A DNA stretch of 64,000 nt from Octopus vulgaris (Eukaryota). The notes beneath the pieces were generated by a model. That model saw only the letters and a program-made list of their open reading frames with translations. It had not been told where the DNA came from and did no database searches. The position numbers and the translations under genes were made by a program. Positions 26,603-42,289 of this stretch are shown piece by piece. The DNA lies in NCBI GenBank assembly GCA_951406725.2, contig OX597817.1:62248001-62312000 (forward strand). The letters are read 5' to 3'. Numbering within the stretch: the first letter of the stretch is position 1; the number at the start of each line of letters is the position of its first letter.

Positions 26603-26606
<4 letters not shown>

Positions 26607-28681
26607 TTAATAATATATGTCATAATATTAAAAATAAAATGTTAATAACATACCTTGTATCATTAACAAGAACGTTAATAATACATGTTAATAGCATCAA
26701 CGTTAATTATATATGCTATATTATTAACAGCGTCGTTAATAATATATGTAATGGAAAATAAGTATGGAAAATGAAAATAATAACCGTGGTGATAATAGAA
26801 AATACTTTTAAACCAATCATCCAGCTGCTGAGTTTCAAAATGAAATTCAAAATATAACGTTGACTGGATCTTACATTCCACGTGGACGAATACCTAATGG
26901 GTTTCGTAAAGTACTTAGAATGAATAAGTGCACTACGCCTGGAATAGCTAATTTCTCTAAAATATTTCTGCTTCAGTAAAACGCTGCACTAGAAGTTAAT
27001 GTTCACCTCGTAAATTGTACTCCTACCAACTCTAGTCAGGTTTTAAACGATATGGACCCTACACAATTGAAGTTTCTTTACATAAACAGATGTAATTACT
27101 TTAGTAACAATGTATGGCCAATTGACCGTTTGGCTCCATGGACCGATGCAGCTGCGAGTTTATAATACACATAGAAATAGTATCGTATCTAAAGTGTCAT
27201 ACAGATTACGTTATGTGTAGTATCCTCTCTGATAATAATTTTATTAAATTACTTGAAAAGAAAAAAGACAAATTCGATATCTGGAACTTAAAAGTGCAAA
27301 GACGCTTTGCAAAGGCACAATAGTAACTAAAGAAATATAAATGAATTGAATTATAAGTAACGACGCTCTTCAGGCAGTTTTAAACTAAAATGTAAATAAA
27401 AAGACAAATGCTAAGGGAAATTAGAAAAAAAAATACCCAAAGAAAATCAGAGGGTAACTTATCCGTAGATAATCAAATAATGATATTTCTGATATTAACA
27501 TGCAGAAAGGCAGGATATAGTAAAGCCAGCAAAGCTGCGAAGAAGATACTGAGAAATATTTCATTTCCTTTTCATTCTACCTTTCTGGTATTATTTGATA
27601 GACTGCGGTAACAGAATTTGATGCAGATGTGTATACACATTGTATCTACCAGCAATCTACTGGTGCGATATAATTTACTGTAATAATATCAAAAATGGTG
27701 GATGGCGAAATAGTTAAGGCATTGTTAAGACAAATCAATCCGATTCGATAAAATGAGTACCAGTTAAAAGTAGACTATATCTATTCCCAAAATTGAATAG
27801 CTTTGTGCCAATAATATAAATTAATATTAAAGAACGCGAGTACAATAGAGTAGTAGAAACGGCATGAGGTTCGACTCACTGTCCGCCGATATTCATTAAC
27901 GTTGCTTTGTACAACTGTGGATCAGATGGTAATGCAAATAAAACTTGCATTACTCTCTGGCTAGTAATTTCAAATTCTGCCAAAATTGACTTTCAAGTTT
28001 ATGTTAGCAGGGTATGATTTTGAGGAGATTCGTCTACTATTTCACTTGTTCTTTCTTGTTTAGTAAATATTTCTTTTAAGATAATTAGCGATCCTTCATA
28101 GTTGCCCTCACCTAAAAGTATATCCAGTCTCAATTAAGGTTTGCTCATACCTATTTCAACCTAAACAAGCCCACTGTAACTGACAGGGTTATAAAATATA
28201 TATCTAAATCTATCGATATTATATTTAGATGAGGAATAATCGCTGGACTTCAATAAAATTATTCCCAGTTGCTTTGCTTATATTGACAGAACCGGTAGAA
28301 CACTGTAGGACAAAACAGCATACGGTATTTTATCAGGACCATGTTCTGTTCAAGTTCAATTGAAGTTCATTTTACTTTTCATTGTTTTGATATCGATAAA
28401 TTCGGAACATATCATACAATAAAAGTATTCAGGTTTAATGTAACTGGCTACAACTTAGAAGGTGGAGCCCTAGTAAGGCCATAGTCCAATGATTGAAACC
28501 AGAAATGAAATAACAGAATTAAAGAATGTCTCTGTAATGACATACACTGCTACTGCTGCTGTTTTTGCTTATATTATTGTTTGTTTCTTTAATGATGTAG
28601 TGGTGGATATAGAAAAAAAACAACACAAATATAAGCGATATATCAATACTTGTATTACAATGTGACAATGCATATTAAATG

Positions 28682-28985
28682 TCATATGGCTGTGTGGTGA
28701 GAAGCTTGCTTTCCAACCACATGGTTCCGGATTCAATCACACTCCATGACACTTTACGCAGGTGTTTTTTACTATAGCTTTGGGACAGACAAAAGCCTTG
28801 TGAGTGAATTTGGTAAACGGATATTAGAAGAAACTCGTCGTATATATGTATGTATATATGTGTATGCGGGAGTTGTAAGCGTGTGTGTGCCTTTATGCTT
28901 GTAATGGTCCCCTCCACCGCTACGTGCCCGCAACTTAGCGGTTCGGCAAAAATATATATTTATAGAATAAATACATGGCTTTAAA
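28682..28985 (+). mobile_element. SINE family A, partial
   Basis: TGGCTGTGTGG A box, GATTCAATCAC B box, AACTTAGCGGTTCGGCAAAA body. Confidence 0.8.
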
Positions 28986-29791
28986 GATAATTAAATGAAG
29001 ATAATTATATAGGCTAGATTTAAAGTTTGTACCACAGGAATACCATTGACAAGGAAGAAAGACAGCGAGAGAAGACAAAGATACTGTAATCATCTTTGAA
29101 GATGGAGCAATCGCGACGTATTTATCTATACATGTATGCACTGCAGGTATGTATGTATGTATGCATGTACATACATACACACACATACACGCACAGACGC
29201 TCACACAAACACGCACACAGTCACACACAAACACACCTAAAACACACACACAGAGTAAGATTGATAAATCAAAAAGATGTGATGACAGGAGAAAATATTT
29301 TATTAAAAACTAAGAGATTATACACTTTAGGTCAATGGTTACGTGCTTAGATAACCTCCTGATTTGTGAAGTTTTTAGAAATTTCATATGTAAAGTAAAA
29401 GTTTAAAAAAAAAACCTATGTATAAAGTTAACGTGTGGACATTTCCAGAATTAAAGTTTAATACCGATATTAAATACATATTCATGTCATGAGCTGTTGA
29501 GATGAACTAGCGTGTTTGATAACTGGTTTATTGAAGTGTTGTTATTAAAGATTTAAATGAATATATAATCATAAGATGATGTCTGGTGCTGGAAAAAAAT
29601 TTACGGTCAATATAGTTATATATTATCGGATTATAATTTGTGATGTTCAGACTAAGCATTTGTTTCGGTTTCTTTTCTGTTATTTTTAGATTAAATATTG
29701 AAAGCTGGTTCATTTCTGAAGAAGATTTTTATCATATTTATATTTTGAAACTTATAATGTAATAATGATAATAATAATAATAACGATGATG

Positions 29792-29861
<70 letters not shown>

Positions 29862-29918
29862 GGTGTTTAACTTAAGTACTTCAAAAGAAAGGTATGATGA
29901 AATTTTAATATGTAGATA

Positions 29919-29966
<48 letters not shown>

Positions 29967-30223
29967 TGCGTGTGTGTGTGTGTGCGTGCGTGCATGTGTG
30001 CGCGCGGCTCTGCGTGTGTACAAGTGTGTATGTATACATACACATACATATATATATAATGAATGAGAGAAATGGAAAATGGACTTAGGAAGAATCTTCA
30101 TTCAGCAGAACAATCGTTTCGACCAAACTTGCATCGGCCCCTTACGGTTGGGATATTTTACAGCTAGTTACGTCGCATCCGTCAGTGCTGTCTACATCTC
30201 GTCATGTGTCTCGTTTTAAGTAT

Positions 30224-30268
<45 letters not shown>

Positions 30269-30310
30269 AATGTGTGGGTGTATATATATATATGTGTGTG
30301 TATAAATATC

Positions 30311-30678
30311 GTGGCACTCCGTCGGTTACGACGACGCGGGTTCCAGTTGATCCGATCAACGGAACAGCCACATGAAATTAACGTGCAAGTGGCTGAGCAC
30401 TCCACAGACACGTGTACCTTTAACGTAGTGCTCGGGGGGATTCAGCGTGACACAGAGTGTGACAAGGCTGGCCCTTTGAAATACAAATACAAAAGAAACA
30501 GGAATAAAGAGTGGGAGAGAGAAAGTTGTGGTGAAAGAGTACAAGAGGGTTCACCACCACCCCCTGCCAGAACCTCGTGGAGCTTTATGTGTTTTCGCTC
30601 AATAAACACTCACAACGCCCGGTCTGGCAATCGAAACCGCGAGTCTGCTGCCCTAACCATTGGGTCATTGCGCCTCCA
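30311..30678 (-). mobile_element. tRNA-derived SINE, family C
   Basis: Minus strand starts GGAGGCGCAATGACCCAATGGTTAGGGCA (A box) then GGTTTCGATTGCC (B box). Structured 3' end with GTTGATCGGATCAAC and CGTCGTAACCGACG hairpins. Flanked by microsatellites. Confidence 0.78.
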
Positions 30679-31221
30679 CTAAATATATATACATATACAC
30701 ACGCATGCACACACATACATATATACATGCATGCATACATACATACATACATACATACATACATACATACATACATACATACATACATACATACATACAT
30801 ACATACATACAACACATTTACGGAGGAATACTTGCCGAGGAAGCGTTTTTGATCTGAGACCGTCAGCTAAAATTATACTATGAAATGTTTACGTGACGTT
30901 GAATGTATGGTTTGAAATGTCTAACTTATGTCTTCCACCCTGCAATCGCTGTATGTAAGTATATATATACTTGTATAACTTATAGACATATATAAGCATG
31001 TATAAGCACACACACACATACATACTTTTATATTTTTATTCTTTTACTTGTTTCAGTAATCTGACTGAGGCCATGCATGAACCCAAAACGCACATAAATT
31101 CAGAACTAATGAAAATGGTAAAATAACCCTCCACTGATAAGGCAGAAGAATCTAGTATGAAAAACCAATGTCCGATGAAATGAGGAGCTGATGATGTTGA
31201 CTGCCGATAAGTAATAGCAGG

Positions 31222-31272
<51 letters not shown>

Positions 31273-31789
31273 GTCGACATATACACTTGTATATTAAATT
31301 CTAATCAGCTTGATTAAAACCTCATACAAATACTGTAATTGAATCATATTTAATAGAATATTTTGCAGCTGCGATATTAATTAGCAACAAACTTGATCAC
31401 TAATTAGGATTGTTATTGGCTCTGATGACAACAGACAGTAAAGTACTCTAGAATATATATTAATTTTGAACGTTGCTTGCACAATTGCATACGTGTATAC
31501 ATACATTGTAACGACATAGACTGCGCAGGTGCTGAAACATATTCGGCCGCGTACACTCACACACACACACAGAACGCACATACACACTCCTTCACACGCA
31601 CTTTGACATATCTACCTACAGAGTGTTCGGACTAAACTTGACGACTTTCTTACGTCCCCATTCTTCATGCGTTGAAGAGCATTAAGTTGTCTCTATCTCC
31701 CCCATTCCACACAAAGAATGTTACAAGTATGCATAGACGAAAATGTATCATGTGAAGGCACTCTGAATAAAGATAGTGACCCGATAATA

Positions 31790-33158
31790 TTATACCAGAT
31801 ATAGGAAAATATGGCAGTCTGAACTCTCCTCTTAGAACAAATCAATATCCCACAATGCACTTGCAGTATTAGTGCTGATCCTCACATTTGGAATACTTGA
31901 TTGCTCTGTAGAGAAAATCCACTCCATAGATATCAAAAACCGCAAAATCTTGATAACAACTGGGAACTTCCATAGAAACAATGACGCTAACGGGCTCTAC
32001 CTAAGAAGAAATGAAAGTGGTAGAGGCCTGAGATCAGTGCAGACGGCCTTCGAATGCTGTATGATATCACACAGTCAGCACCTACTAAACAACAGCAGCA
32101 AAAGTAAATATATTAATGCAGTCCTGGTAAGTGAAGTGAGTAACGTTCTACGAGTTGGCAGTGAACTCCTCAAGAAAAACTTTCTTCCTGATGATCTCTT
32201 ATATAGCCCCCAAAATAGCTGGGCTCTCTTACCTCCGAGAAGAACTGGATGGAAAGCACTCAGCATACAAAAAAAGACCATGCATGGGTATGTTGCCCGG
32301 AAGCTTGAAGAAGACAGTAGAATTGACACGAAGCGCCGCCTCTCTTGGACACAAGATCACTACATCATACCACACTTTGAAGGCTACGCGTTTGCAATAC
32401 AGGAATAGGAGATTGCCACAATGTACCTGGTGAACAAGAAAGGCAGTGACGCTCTTGTAATCCAAAGGTGCAACTGCATGCGTAGGCTATGTCATGTTTC
32501 TGTGAAAGACATTACGCATGTGATTAGCAGCTGTCGTAAATTGCCGTCACGGTACTACCTCCCTATGCAGCACGATGTTGTTGCTAAAACAATTTACAAA
32601 AATACTGTCCTGAAATAAACTTAGAAAATCCCTGTTTTATTATGGAATACACTCATAAATGCCAACTCAAAGAATACTGGTGGAATATTCCCATCAAAAC
32701 ATCTGTCAAATGTAAGCATAACAGACCGGATATTGTTGTTTGGGATAGAGAGACAAAGCTATGTACCATCATAGAGGTTAGCAGTCCTGTAGATATAAAT
32801 ATCTCTTTGAAAATCAAAGAAAAAGAGGATATCTATGAACAACTGCATCGAAACCTCCAGCTTCTATATCCAGATTATGAATTCATGCTCATATCAATAA
32901 TAATTAGAGCACTAGGTTTTGTTAGTAAATGCTTCAAGGACAATCTGAATAAATTGGGATTTTCAGAAAGAGAAAGTTACCAGCTAATTCGTATATTACA
33001 ATTGTAATTTGTGAGTGGAACAATAAAAATATGCAAGGCTATTTTCAAGTTCCAAATGTGAATTTGTGTTAACTACATGCCAAAGATGAAGCCTTGTATC
33101 TTTGTTGGAAACCGGCTCACTCCTCAGTGGAAGATTTAGAATAATTAAAAAATAAAAG
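31790..33158 (+). mobile_element. 5'-truncated R4/Dong-clade non-LTR retrotransposon (restriction-like endonuclease), disrupted
   Basis: LYLRRNESGRGL post-RT motif, zinc knuckle remnant RLCHVSVKDITHVISSC, QHD (RHD-like), and NRPDIVVWDRETKLCTIIEVSSP..K..EK (PD-(D/E)xK). Contains stops and frameshifts. An A-rich end runs into (CTAC)n(CATA)n. Confidence 0.88.
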
Positions 33159-34412
33159 ACACATACCTACCTACCTACCTACATACATACATACATACAC
33201 ACTGTGTCGTTTACGTTGAGAATCTCTCTCCAAGTTAAAAAAAGGCAAGAGTCAACAATTCTTTGGAATCAATTTACTTAACAATCACTCCCGTGTATAA
33301 TTCAGCAACGACGCAGACACTACGTGGGTGACCGCCTTCAGAAAATACCAACCAAATTTCTCTCATTCTATTGTCTTACCATAAGAAACGAAAACACAGA
33401 TTGCATAACCTAGTTAACTGCCTGAAAAAGAACTCGACGGAACTGTTTCGAGGCCTTTCATCACATAACTCTTCCGTGATGTCTGAACTGGAGTTAATAA
33501 ATAATAACTACATCCCAAATAAAATTGTGAGGCTGTATCAGTGCAAGGAATGAAAGTAGTAGTCTCACGTGATTGAACAGTGATTCATTTATTGTAACCT
33601 TGATTGTGTTATAAGTAGAGCCTTTTGTATATAGTGAAAAAGAAATAAATACCTAAATCTGATGGATTTCGTAAACCATTCTAAAACTAGTTTTAGCAAC
33701 AGATCCACGTGATTTCAAAATATTCAAAGAAGCCACGCGGAAGAATCTTTCGTTTCATAATGTGGCAAAAATTTGAATGAAATTTCAGCAACAAAGTGTC
33801 ATAGTTCGCAAAGTATGAATAAAACTTGGTTGATATGAATTTTTGTTCATAAAAATATTTCTTTCCAATTAGATTTTCGTATAACTGATTTCATGTTTTT
33901 TTCTAATCCGTAGTAAGCCCAGAAACATTAAAAAAGAAATAATAAACTTTTTTATAATTCATGTGGTGCATACAGAACTGTGATAATCGGTTTCCTTGTT
34001 CTGATTTTCTGCTAAATTTATTTCAGAAATTAGAGAAAGCTGGATGTCCACAAGCCATTCTGTCGTAGATAATCGTATATTAAAATAATTGTAACGCATC
34101 TATTCATCCTTAGTACGTTACGGCAGATTCAAACTTGAACACTTGATTGGTGTGTTTATGAATACGCATCATCTAAAGGAACGGAATATTTTTCCTGTTT
34201 GTGAAACACACACGGAGGCGAAGAGCTATACACCTTCCAATCTACAGAATTTAGGAATGTATTAAGATTGAAAAAGATACGATAATTCCACTTCCTGATC
34301 ATATTTCTAGAGTTGGTGTCCCCCAGTAATATTTTAGGAAATTGTCTCCTACTCTACTAGATGAACCTTAGATGAACTTTATGCGTGGGATTAGACGGTA
34401 AAAATACAGAAG

Positions 34413-34468
<56 letters not shown>

Positions 34469-34474
<6 letters not shown>

Positions 34475-35904
34475 ATATTTCAGAATGGTCATATTGCCAG
34501 TTTAGCCAATAAAAACACACGCACTATATATTTGGTGTTATTTTGCTTCAGTGTTATTTATTTTTTACATCATTCTTAATCTTATTTCGGCCAGAGTTCT
34601 TTACTCACACTCCTCTGACCGCACCAGTGGTCCTTTGTTTTCTTCTTACTTATTTTTGTCTCTCCTTAGTAACCGTCAGCCATTTTGTATTTCTATTGTA
34701 TGTCTTCATTTGCGCATGCTTATATCTCTATGTGCGTCTATGTTTATTTAGTGTGTGTGTGTGTGGGGGGATGCCTGTAATATTTGTATCTTCTGTTTAC
34801 ATATGTTCATGTAATTTGTATTTTGTTTTTGTTGTTTTTGTTTATTCTTATTTTGTTCTTGTGTTTACATCCACTTATTATTATCATTACATATGCTTGT
34901 AAGTTTGTATGTATGTATAACAACAATACTAGTTATAATAACAATAAATCGACTCGGAAAAGAAAAAAAAAAATATATATATATAGATATATATATATAG
35001 TTATTCATTTCTATTAGTTTATTTATCTGTGTATTTATTATGTTTTCAGGATCCTCCATCGTCATATGTTGTTGTGTGTGTTAGTGCTCCATTCTATTTT
35101 TCTATTCAGGCTAGGTTTATTTTCTATTATGTGTGTAGCTTCTGTAATTTGTCTAATTGTTGCATCTGATCTATGTGTGGATAATATGTTAATTTCTATG
35201 TTATTGATTGATCCCCCGTGTTCCTGTTCGGCGTGTTGGTACAGAATCGATGAGCTTTTACCTTCCTTGAGTTGTCTCCAATGCTCATTTACCTGCTATC
35301 CTATGATACTTGCCGTTTCCCCTACGTATGTCGTTGTCTTGTTATTGCATCGTCCCTCTATACATCTTATACTATAGACTAATAGACTACATTTCTGGCT
35401 TTACAGTTTGTTTGTGGGCTAAATCTACATACAGTACAGTACTTATCCGTACAGGGGGTTCTACTAAAAGGATAGGTTCTACCAATTATAGATTTGATAG
35501 GGTTGCCTGGCTTTTCAACAACCTTAATTCTTAGCTTAAGTTTGTCTGGGGTCCTTCTAAAGCAGTACGCCAGTTCACCTCCAGGGGTGGTGTCAACGAA
35601 CATGACACTCTGGTATTTATGGCTATCATACAAAGAGTTGGCCTTCCCTATTTTCTTTTTTGTCCTTTCTATAGTGTTCCATGACTTGTTCCTATAGAGT
35701 GGGCAAATCGCATTCCTATCATTACATAATATATTTTCAAATTTCTTCATGGCTCCTTTGTATACTCTGATCCTTTCTTTATGGCTGTAACATGAGAACT
35801 ACATGCGGTGAATGAAATATTGTACGTGTCTCTTTAACCAAATATATAGTGCGTGTGTTTTTATTGGCTAAACTGGCAATATGACCATTTCGAAATATAA
35901 CAAT
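34469..35904 (-). mobile_element. Decayed Penelope-like element (GIY-YIG end) with inverted terminal segment
   Basis: Minus strand VMFVDTTPGGELA...CTDKYCTVC...NCKARNVVY, then YVGET...NEH...HAEQEH...RQITEA..I....PSLN in shifted frames. A 68-bp inverted repeat with 2 mismatches lies at 34469-34536 and 35837-35904. Confidence 0.82.
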
Positions 35905-35961
35905 ATCTGTTTCAACACACGACATCACATAAAAAATCTTGCACAACAAATATTTAAACGT

Positions 35962-35992
<31 letters not shown>

Positions 35993-36059
35993 CTTCTGTA
36001 TTTTAACCATCTATACAATTCCCCTCATGAAATGTTGGTGTATGTATATATATATATAT

Positions 36060-36252
36060 AGTTAATCCAAACATGAAAACACAAAGAGAAACCACATCAA
36101 CGCGAGGACGTGGAACAAGTATAGTGTTATTGGACGCTCAGGAAAGGAAAGAAAGGAGAATTTAACGGTTGCGAGCGGAGATCTTCGTCAGAAAAGGAAA
36201 GATCCAAGGAAGGGAAGATGGAGGAAAAAATCGCCAACGGTACAGACGCGGT
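36060..36252 (-). mobile_element. Penelope-type terminal fragment with degenerate hammerhead
   Basis: Minus 36194-36161 reads ttt-CTGACGA-agatctccgctc-GCAACCGTTA-aa. Bounded by microsatellites. Confidence 0.55.
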
Positions 36253-36274
36253 CACACACACACACACACACACG

Positions 36275-36325
<51 letters not shown>

Positions 36326-36429
36326 GTATGTATCTTTCTCTCTCTATATATATATATTTATTTTTCCCTCTATCACCTTCACCTCCCCATTCCTACTATC
36401 AATTTATCTTGACTGACCACTAACCAGTA

Positions 36430-36900
36430 CACTTTCCATTTCTTCACTTTATTATCTCTCTCCCCACTTTTCTGTTTTTTTCTGTTCTTTATTCCTCTCT
36501 TCCTGTTTTCCATTTGACCTTACAGATACATTCCCAACTTTCAAGTCACTTTAAATAAAACCCTCGATTCAATAACACTGTGCACAAACTTGGAATGACC
36601 AATTTTAAATACTATTGGAATACTATTGGAACTTACTCACAAGATATTGGAATCTTATATGTATGCCATTCTGCCTAAATAATGGATCTACAGGTACAAT
36701 ATCCCTGCATATCTCTATTTTGATTCCTCCACTTCACTCTCTATTTCATATCTTATCTAAAATGACTATTGCTTAACTATTTTCCCACACCGTCTCCGAT
36801 GAAGGGATATACAAATTTCCTGGAAACAGCTATAAGACCTTCAATTTATAAATGTTCTAAAATATTTCACAGCCTTGGATTTTTATCTCATTCTAAAAAT
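36430..36900 (+). mobile_element. Penelope-type terminal fragment (same family as 6900-7315) with hammerhead motif
   Basis: 36792-36838 reads gtct-CCGATGA-agggatat-acaa-atttcctg-GAAACAGCTATA-agac. Confidence 0.65.
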
Positions 36901-36952
36901 TTATATATGTATATATATATATATATATATACCCCACCCCATATATATGTGA

Positions 36953-37006
<54 letters not shown>

Positions 37007-37934
37007 GGGTGTGGGGTACTATGTGTGTGCGTGTGCATACGTATGGTGTATATCAGGACCTGTGACTATTTCCCTGCTGGGCTTTTGAAAGTGATTTAAG
37101 AAAAGTTTAACATTAGCGTTACAACAAATAGAAAACGACGAAGTGTCAAAGGGAAACAAACGTTAATGTTGATATGACGAAGTAAAATTATTAAAAGCCG
37201 GTAGCCATGCATGAACGAAGTCCACTGATTGAAACCAATAATAAAGTACAAAATACTAGATTTAGTATAGAAAGCGTATGATAATGAGTACTAGCCTTAT
37301 GTCTTTATGTGATGTTTTCTGTTCTTGTCAGGAGAAATATTCTTATACGAAAGTAGAAAAGGTTTTTAAGTATAAATTATTACGTTCATGTCGACATCAG
37401 AAGTGGTCCATTAGTTTGTAGTATGTAAAAAAATTCTAATTTTGCTTAGGCTTATTTCAATGTTGTTGCCATTGACAACATTTTGTACAATAAGTAAACT
37501 TCTATGACGGCAATTTTGATTTTATACTTCATTCAGTTGGAATCATATTTAGCTTTTCTCGTACTTTTACCCATTAAACTATGTGAATCAGTAAACGTAC
37601 ATGAAATGGAATTACATATTTATGTCTGTTTATATAAAAGACAAGACACTAATGGCTGGAAATAATCTAACACGTTTATCAGTCAACTTTCGAGTTGGAG
37701 GCAATAGCATCTTGCGTCTTTGGAAATCTTTCTTTGATATGTCAGATTTATAGTGGACCGAATGTCTTAGGTAACGTCTAAAATGCCAGCACTTCTCTGA
37801 AGAAAATGCTATTGTAAATCAAATTATTTTTAACTTACTTGTACTTGAAGAAAAGGGTCACCTTTCATTCTACGCGGTGAGGATGCATAGATTAAGAGGT
37901 CAGCAGTGATGAATGAGAAACATCTTTAGTCCTT

Positions 37935-38750
<816 letters not shown>

Positions 38751-38969
38751 TGTTTCTTGATGTTAATTTTGAAAGGGAATTACAACTAACGGAAATATGT
38801 TTAGGAGAAATGATTTAGGATGGAATATAAAACTACGTGTAAGATTTGATCCGAGGTTTTGGAAAACAAACATTTATGATTAAAACTGTCTAGAACCCAA
38901 AAGCGGTGACGGTGAGAACTGAGTGGACGAATAGCTGATTGATAGGAAGAGGAAAGAATAAGTGTGAAG

Positions 38970-39403
38970 CAGGGCTAGATTAACCATTAGGCAAAATAAG
39001 CACTAGCTTAGGGCATTAAGAGAAGGAGGGCACCACTAAAACAGTAAATGGTTTTGGCTTAAAGTTAAGAAATCATTTTCAACTTGCTAAAATAATATTC
39101 GAAGTTTTATATGTTTTATATTATCGGAAATATAATTTGAAAGAGTTAATGGTGTCGTGGTGAGGACCCGATCAAAGACTTTGCAATTAAGAACGAAAGT
39201 AGAATATTTTTCAACTATGAATAAAATGGAAGTATACAAAAATAAATATCATTTTCCATCTTACTGTTAGTTTTGTTTCATCTTGAAAAATAAAAATTAA
39301 TTTTATGGTTTAATCCTGTTTATATTTTGAAATACATATACATGGGGGCACTGAAATATTTTAAGTCCTTAAGGGCATCTCTATGGGTCTTAATCCAGTC
39401 CTG
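38970..39403. mobile_element. hAT MITE
   Basis: TIRs CAGGGCTAGATTAA and TTAATCCAGTCCTG (12/14). Flanks GTGTGAAG and CTGTGAAA (6/8) fit a decayed 8-bp TSD. Confidence 0.8.
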
Positions 39404-39746
39404 CTGTGAAAGGGTGTGAATGAATACACGAAAGAAAGTCAGTTTTTTTTAATTTTAATTTTCATAACTGACTTGAGAAAGACAGTAATACACAATCGGC
39501 GTCTGACCGTTGAACAGGAAACAAAAATTAACTATTAAAAAGTTGATCACCGAAAATAATCTGATACATTTTAAATATGTACGATTTATTCGGTTCTCAT
39601 ACCTCGAAGAAATATCGGTATCCGTTGTATAGCAAATGGGATCATGCATAAATACATTCCATATATATTTCATGAATCACGTTTTTATCGGAAGATGTCT
39701 AAGAATACAGGTAATACTACTGAATCTTTATTAGGTCAATTTATAT

Positions 39747-39779
<33 letters not shown>

Positions 39780-39936
39780 TGTGTTTATGTGTATGCGCGC
39801 AAGTACACATGGCTCATGTTTCCACATGTATATGTATACTTACATAATACAAACATATGAGTGTATATATATATATGTGTGTATGTGTGTATGTGTGTGT
39901 GTGTGCGTGTGTGTGTGTGTTCGGTCAAACATGCAT

Positions 39937-39974
<38 letters not shown>

Positions 39975-40334
39975 CAGAATCATTGCAAAAATTGCAGCAT
40001 AATGAAATTGATAGAATAATAATACATACAAAGCAGAGAATGAAAGGTAGAGAAAAAGAGATTTATGTTATAAGATATAAGCAAAAATGCACTTAAAAAC
40101 AGAAATAAAGCCGATTTACAAAAATGAACATAGATGAAAAATACAACGAGAAATATTGGGGTAAACAGAAATCCCGGAAGACAGATAGATAAGTAGATGG
40201 ATGGATGGATGGATGGATGGATGGATGGATGGATGGATGGATGGATGGATGGATGGATGGATGGATGGATGGACGGAGGGAGGGAAGGATGAAGGAAGGA
40301 GAGAGGTAGCGGGGAAGGGATGGTAGATAGATGG

Positions 40335-40378
<44 letters not shown>

Positions 40379-40413
40379 CGGATAGAGAGAAAGAGAGAGA
40401 CAGAGACAGACAC

Positions 40414-40491
<78 letters not shown>

Positions 40492-41494
40492 AACAGATAG
40501 ATAAATAGACATATAGACAGACAGGCAGACGGATGAATGGAGAGCAAGACAGATTACACTGTTTGATATATGCATCGTATAATTAGTGTCATAGAAATTG
40601 AAAATTCTAAAGCCATTGACTATGTAGAGATATCTTTGATGGTGTACAGAGGAAAGTAAATATAGTTTCTCTGAATAATGTGCATAAAAGTTCATGATAA
40701 TAGGACGCTGATCATTATTTTATCTTTTCAGATTACACTTATATATTCTCTAATGATGCATAGATGACAACCTAATGATGTACTTTTTTCCTTTTATACC
40801 TTTTGTGATGACATAAGATTTCTTCTGCTTTGTAGACAAATGACGAAGATGACGAACTTATTTGGAAAGGTCAGCTATGAGAATTTGGAAACTAAATCTT
40901 GGACTTAGTTTAGTGATCTTGCATTTCCTGTTCGGATATTAATTTTCGAATAGTTTGTGGTTATAGACATACACCTAATTATTTGTCACTGAAAATAATT
41001 AGCAAATGATTGTAAACATTGATATTAATTTAACATGTGTTTCGATTCATTTCCCACAATAGTAGGTCTATTGACAAGAGAAGCACAAAATGATTTCCAT
41101 TATATTGATGTTAATTTCATGCTTGAGCTTACTTATCCATGCTCGTCCGCAATGTGACTTGGGATTTTTTTTTTGTGTGTGGATGTGACAGGTATGTATT
41201 CTCAGAAGCCCAATACCATCAGCTGCGAATTACTGCATAAAATTCAAACTACGATATAGAACCAGGGTCCTGTAGTTCTCAAAGGACGTTGGTAATGTAA
41301 GAACACTGTCTGAAATTCTGTAGTAAACCTAACTAATTTAGATATTTCATTTATACTCTCTCTAAGATATGGCATCGTAATGTAATAAGTAGCAAATCTT
41401 GTACCATTATACCATTTCTAGAATGTATATATATCAGATATGAGATTAATTCTTCAGATACAGAGAATAATATAGATAAATATCTTTTATTTTT

Positions 41495-41701
41495 AACTTT
41501 TAAATTGCTTCACTCATTCGACTGTGGCCAACTTGGGGCACACACTTGAGGTGTTTTAGTCAAACAAATTATCTACCAAATAACTCACAATGCTGGGGCT
41601 ATGATGAAAAACATTTCTCCGCGATACTGTGCAGTAGGACTGAACCAGAAATCATATGGTTGCAAAGCGCTTTCTTAATAATACACCCATACTTGCGCCT
41701 A
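41495..41701 (-). mobile_element. SINE family A, internally deleted and degenerate
   Basis: Tail remnant followed by GCAGTAGGACTGAACC and TTGCGCCT head. Confidence 0.6.
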
Positions 41702-41732
41702 TGCACACACACGCGCGCACACAGACATATAT

Positions 41733-41776
<44 letters not shown>

Positions 41777-41787
41777 ATAAATATATG

Positions 41788-41829
<42 letters not shown>

Positions 41830-42289
41830 TCTTCTAATAGGATAATGAGCGTAGTGCTATTATATATTTGTGTATATATTTGTCCAAAATCACTCATTGA
41901 GAGAAAGAGTATTAGAAGAGAAGAAGGAGGGGAAAAAGAGTAAATCAGTGAAGAAGTAGTTAGAGTAACAGCCATGACTGAGAGAGAATGAGAGAAAATA
42001 ATAGCAATGAGAGAGAGAGGAAGTGGCAAAGCGAGCGACGTCACTATATATGCCTGCAGAGGCTTCCCTATATAACAGGGTTAGTAGACACTCACAGGAA
42101 TTATTTTACAGGCGAAAAGGTTTGTTTGCATTTTACGAAGCTCATTTGCTCTAATATTTTGGTTCCAGTGTGTGTATATTTTCCCTATATAGTGTTTGTT
42201 ATCAGTTCACTGATACTTTCAGTCATCCGTACTCTCATAACTTATTTACGGTATAGTGTTTGTTATCCATTCATTGATACTCTTTCAAA

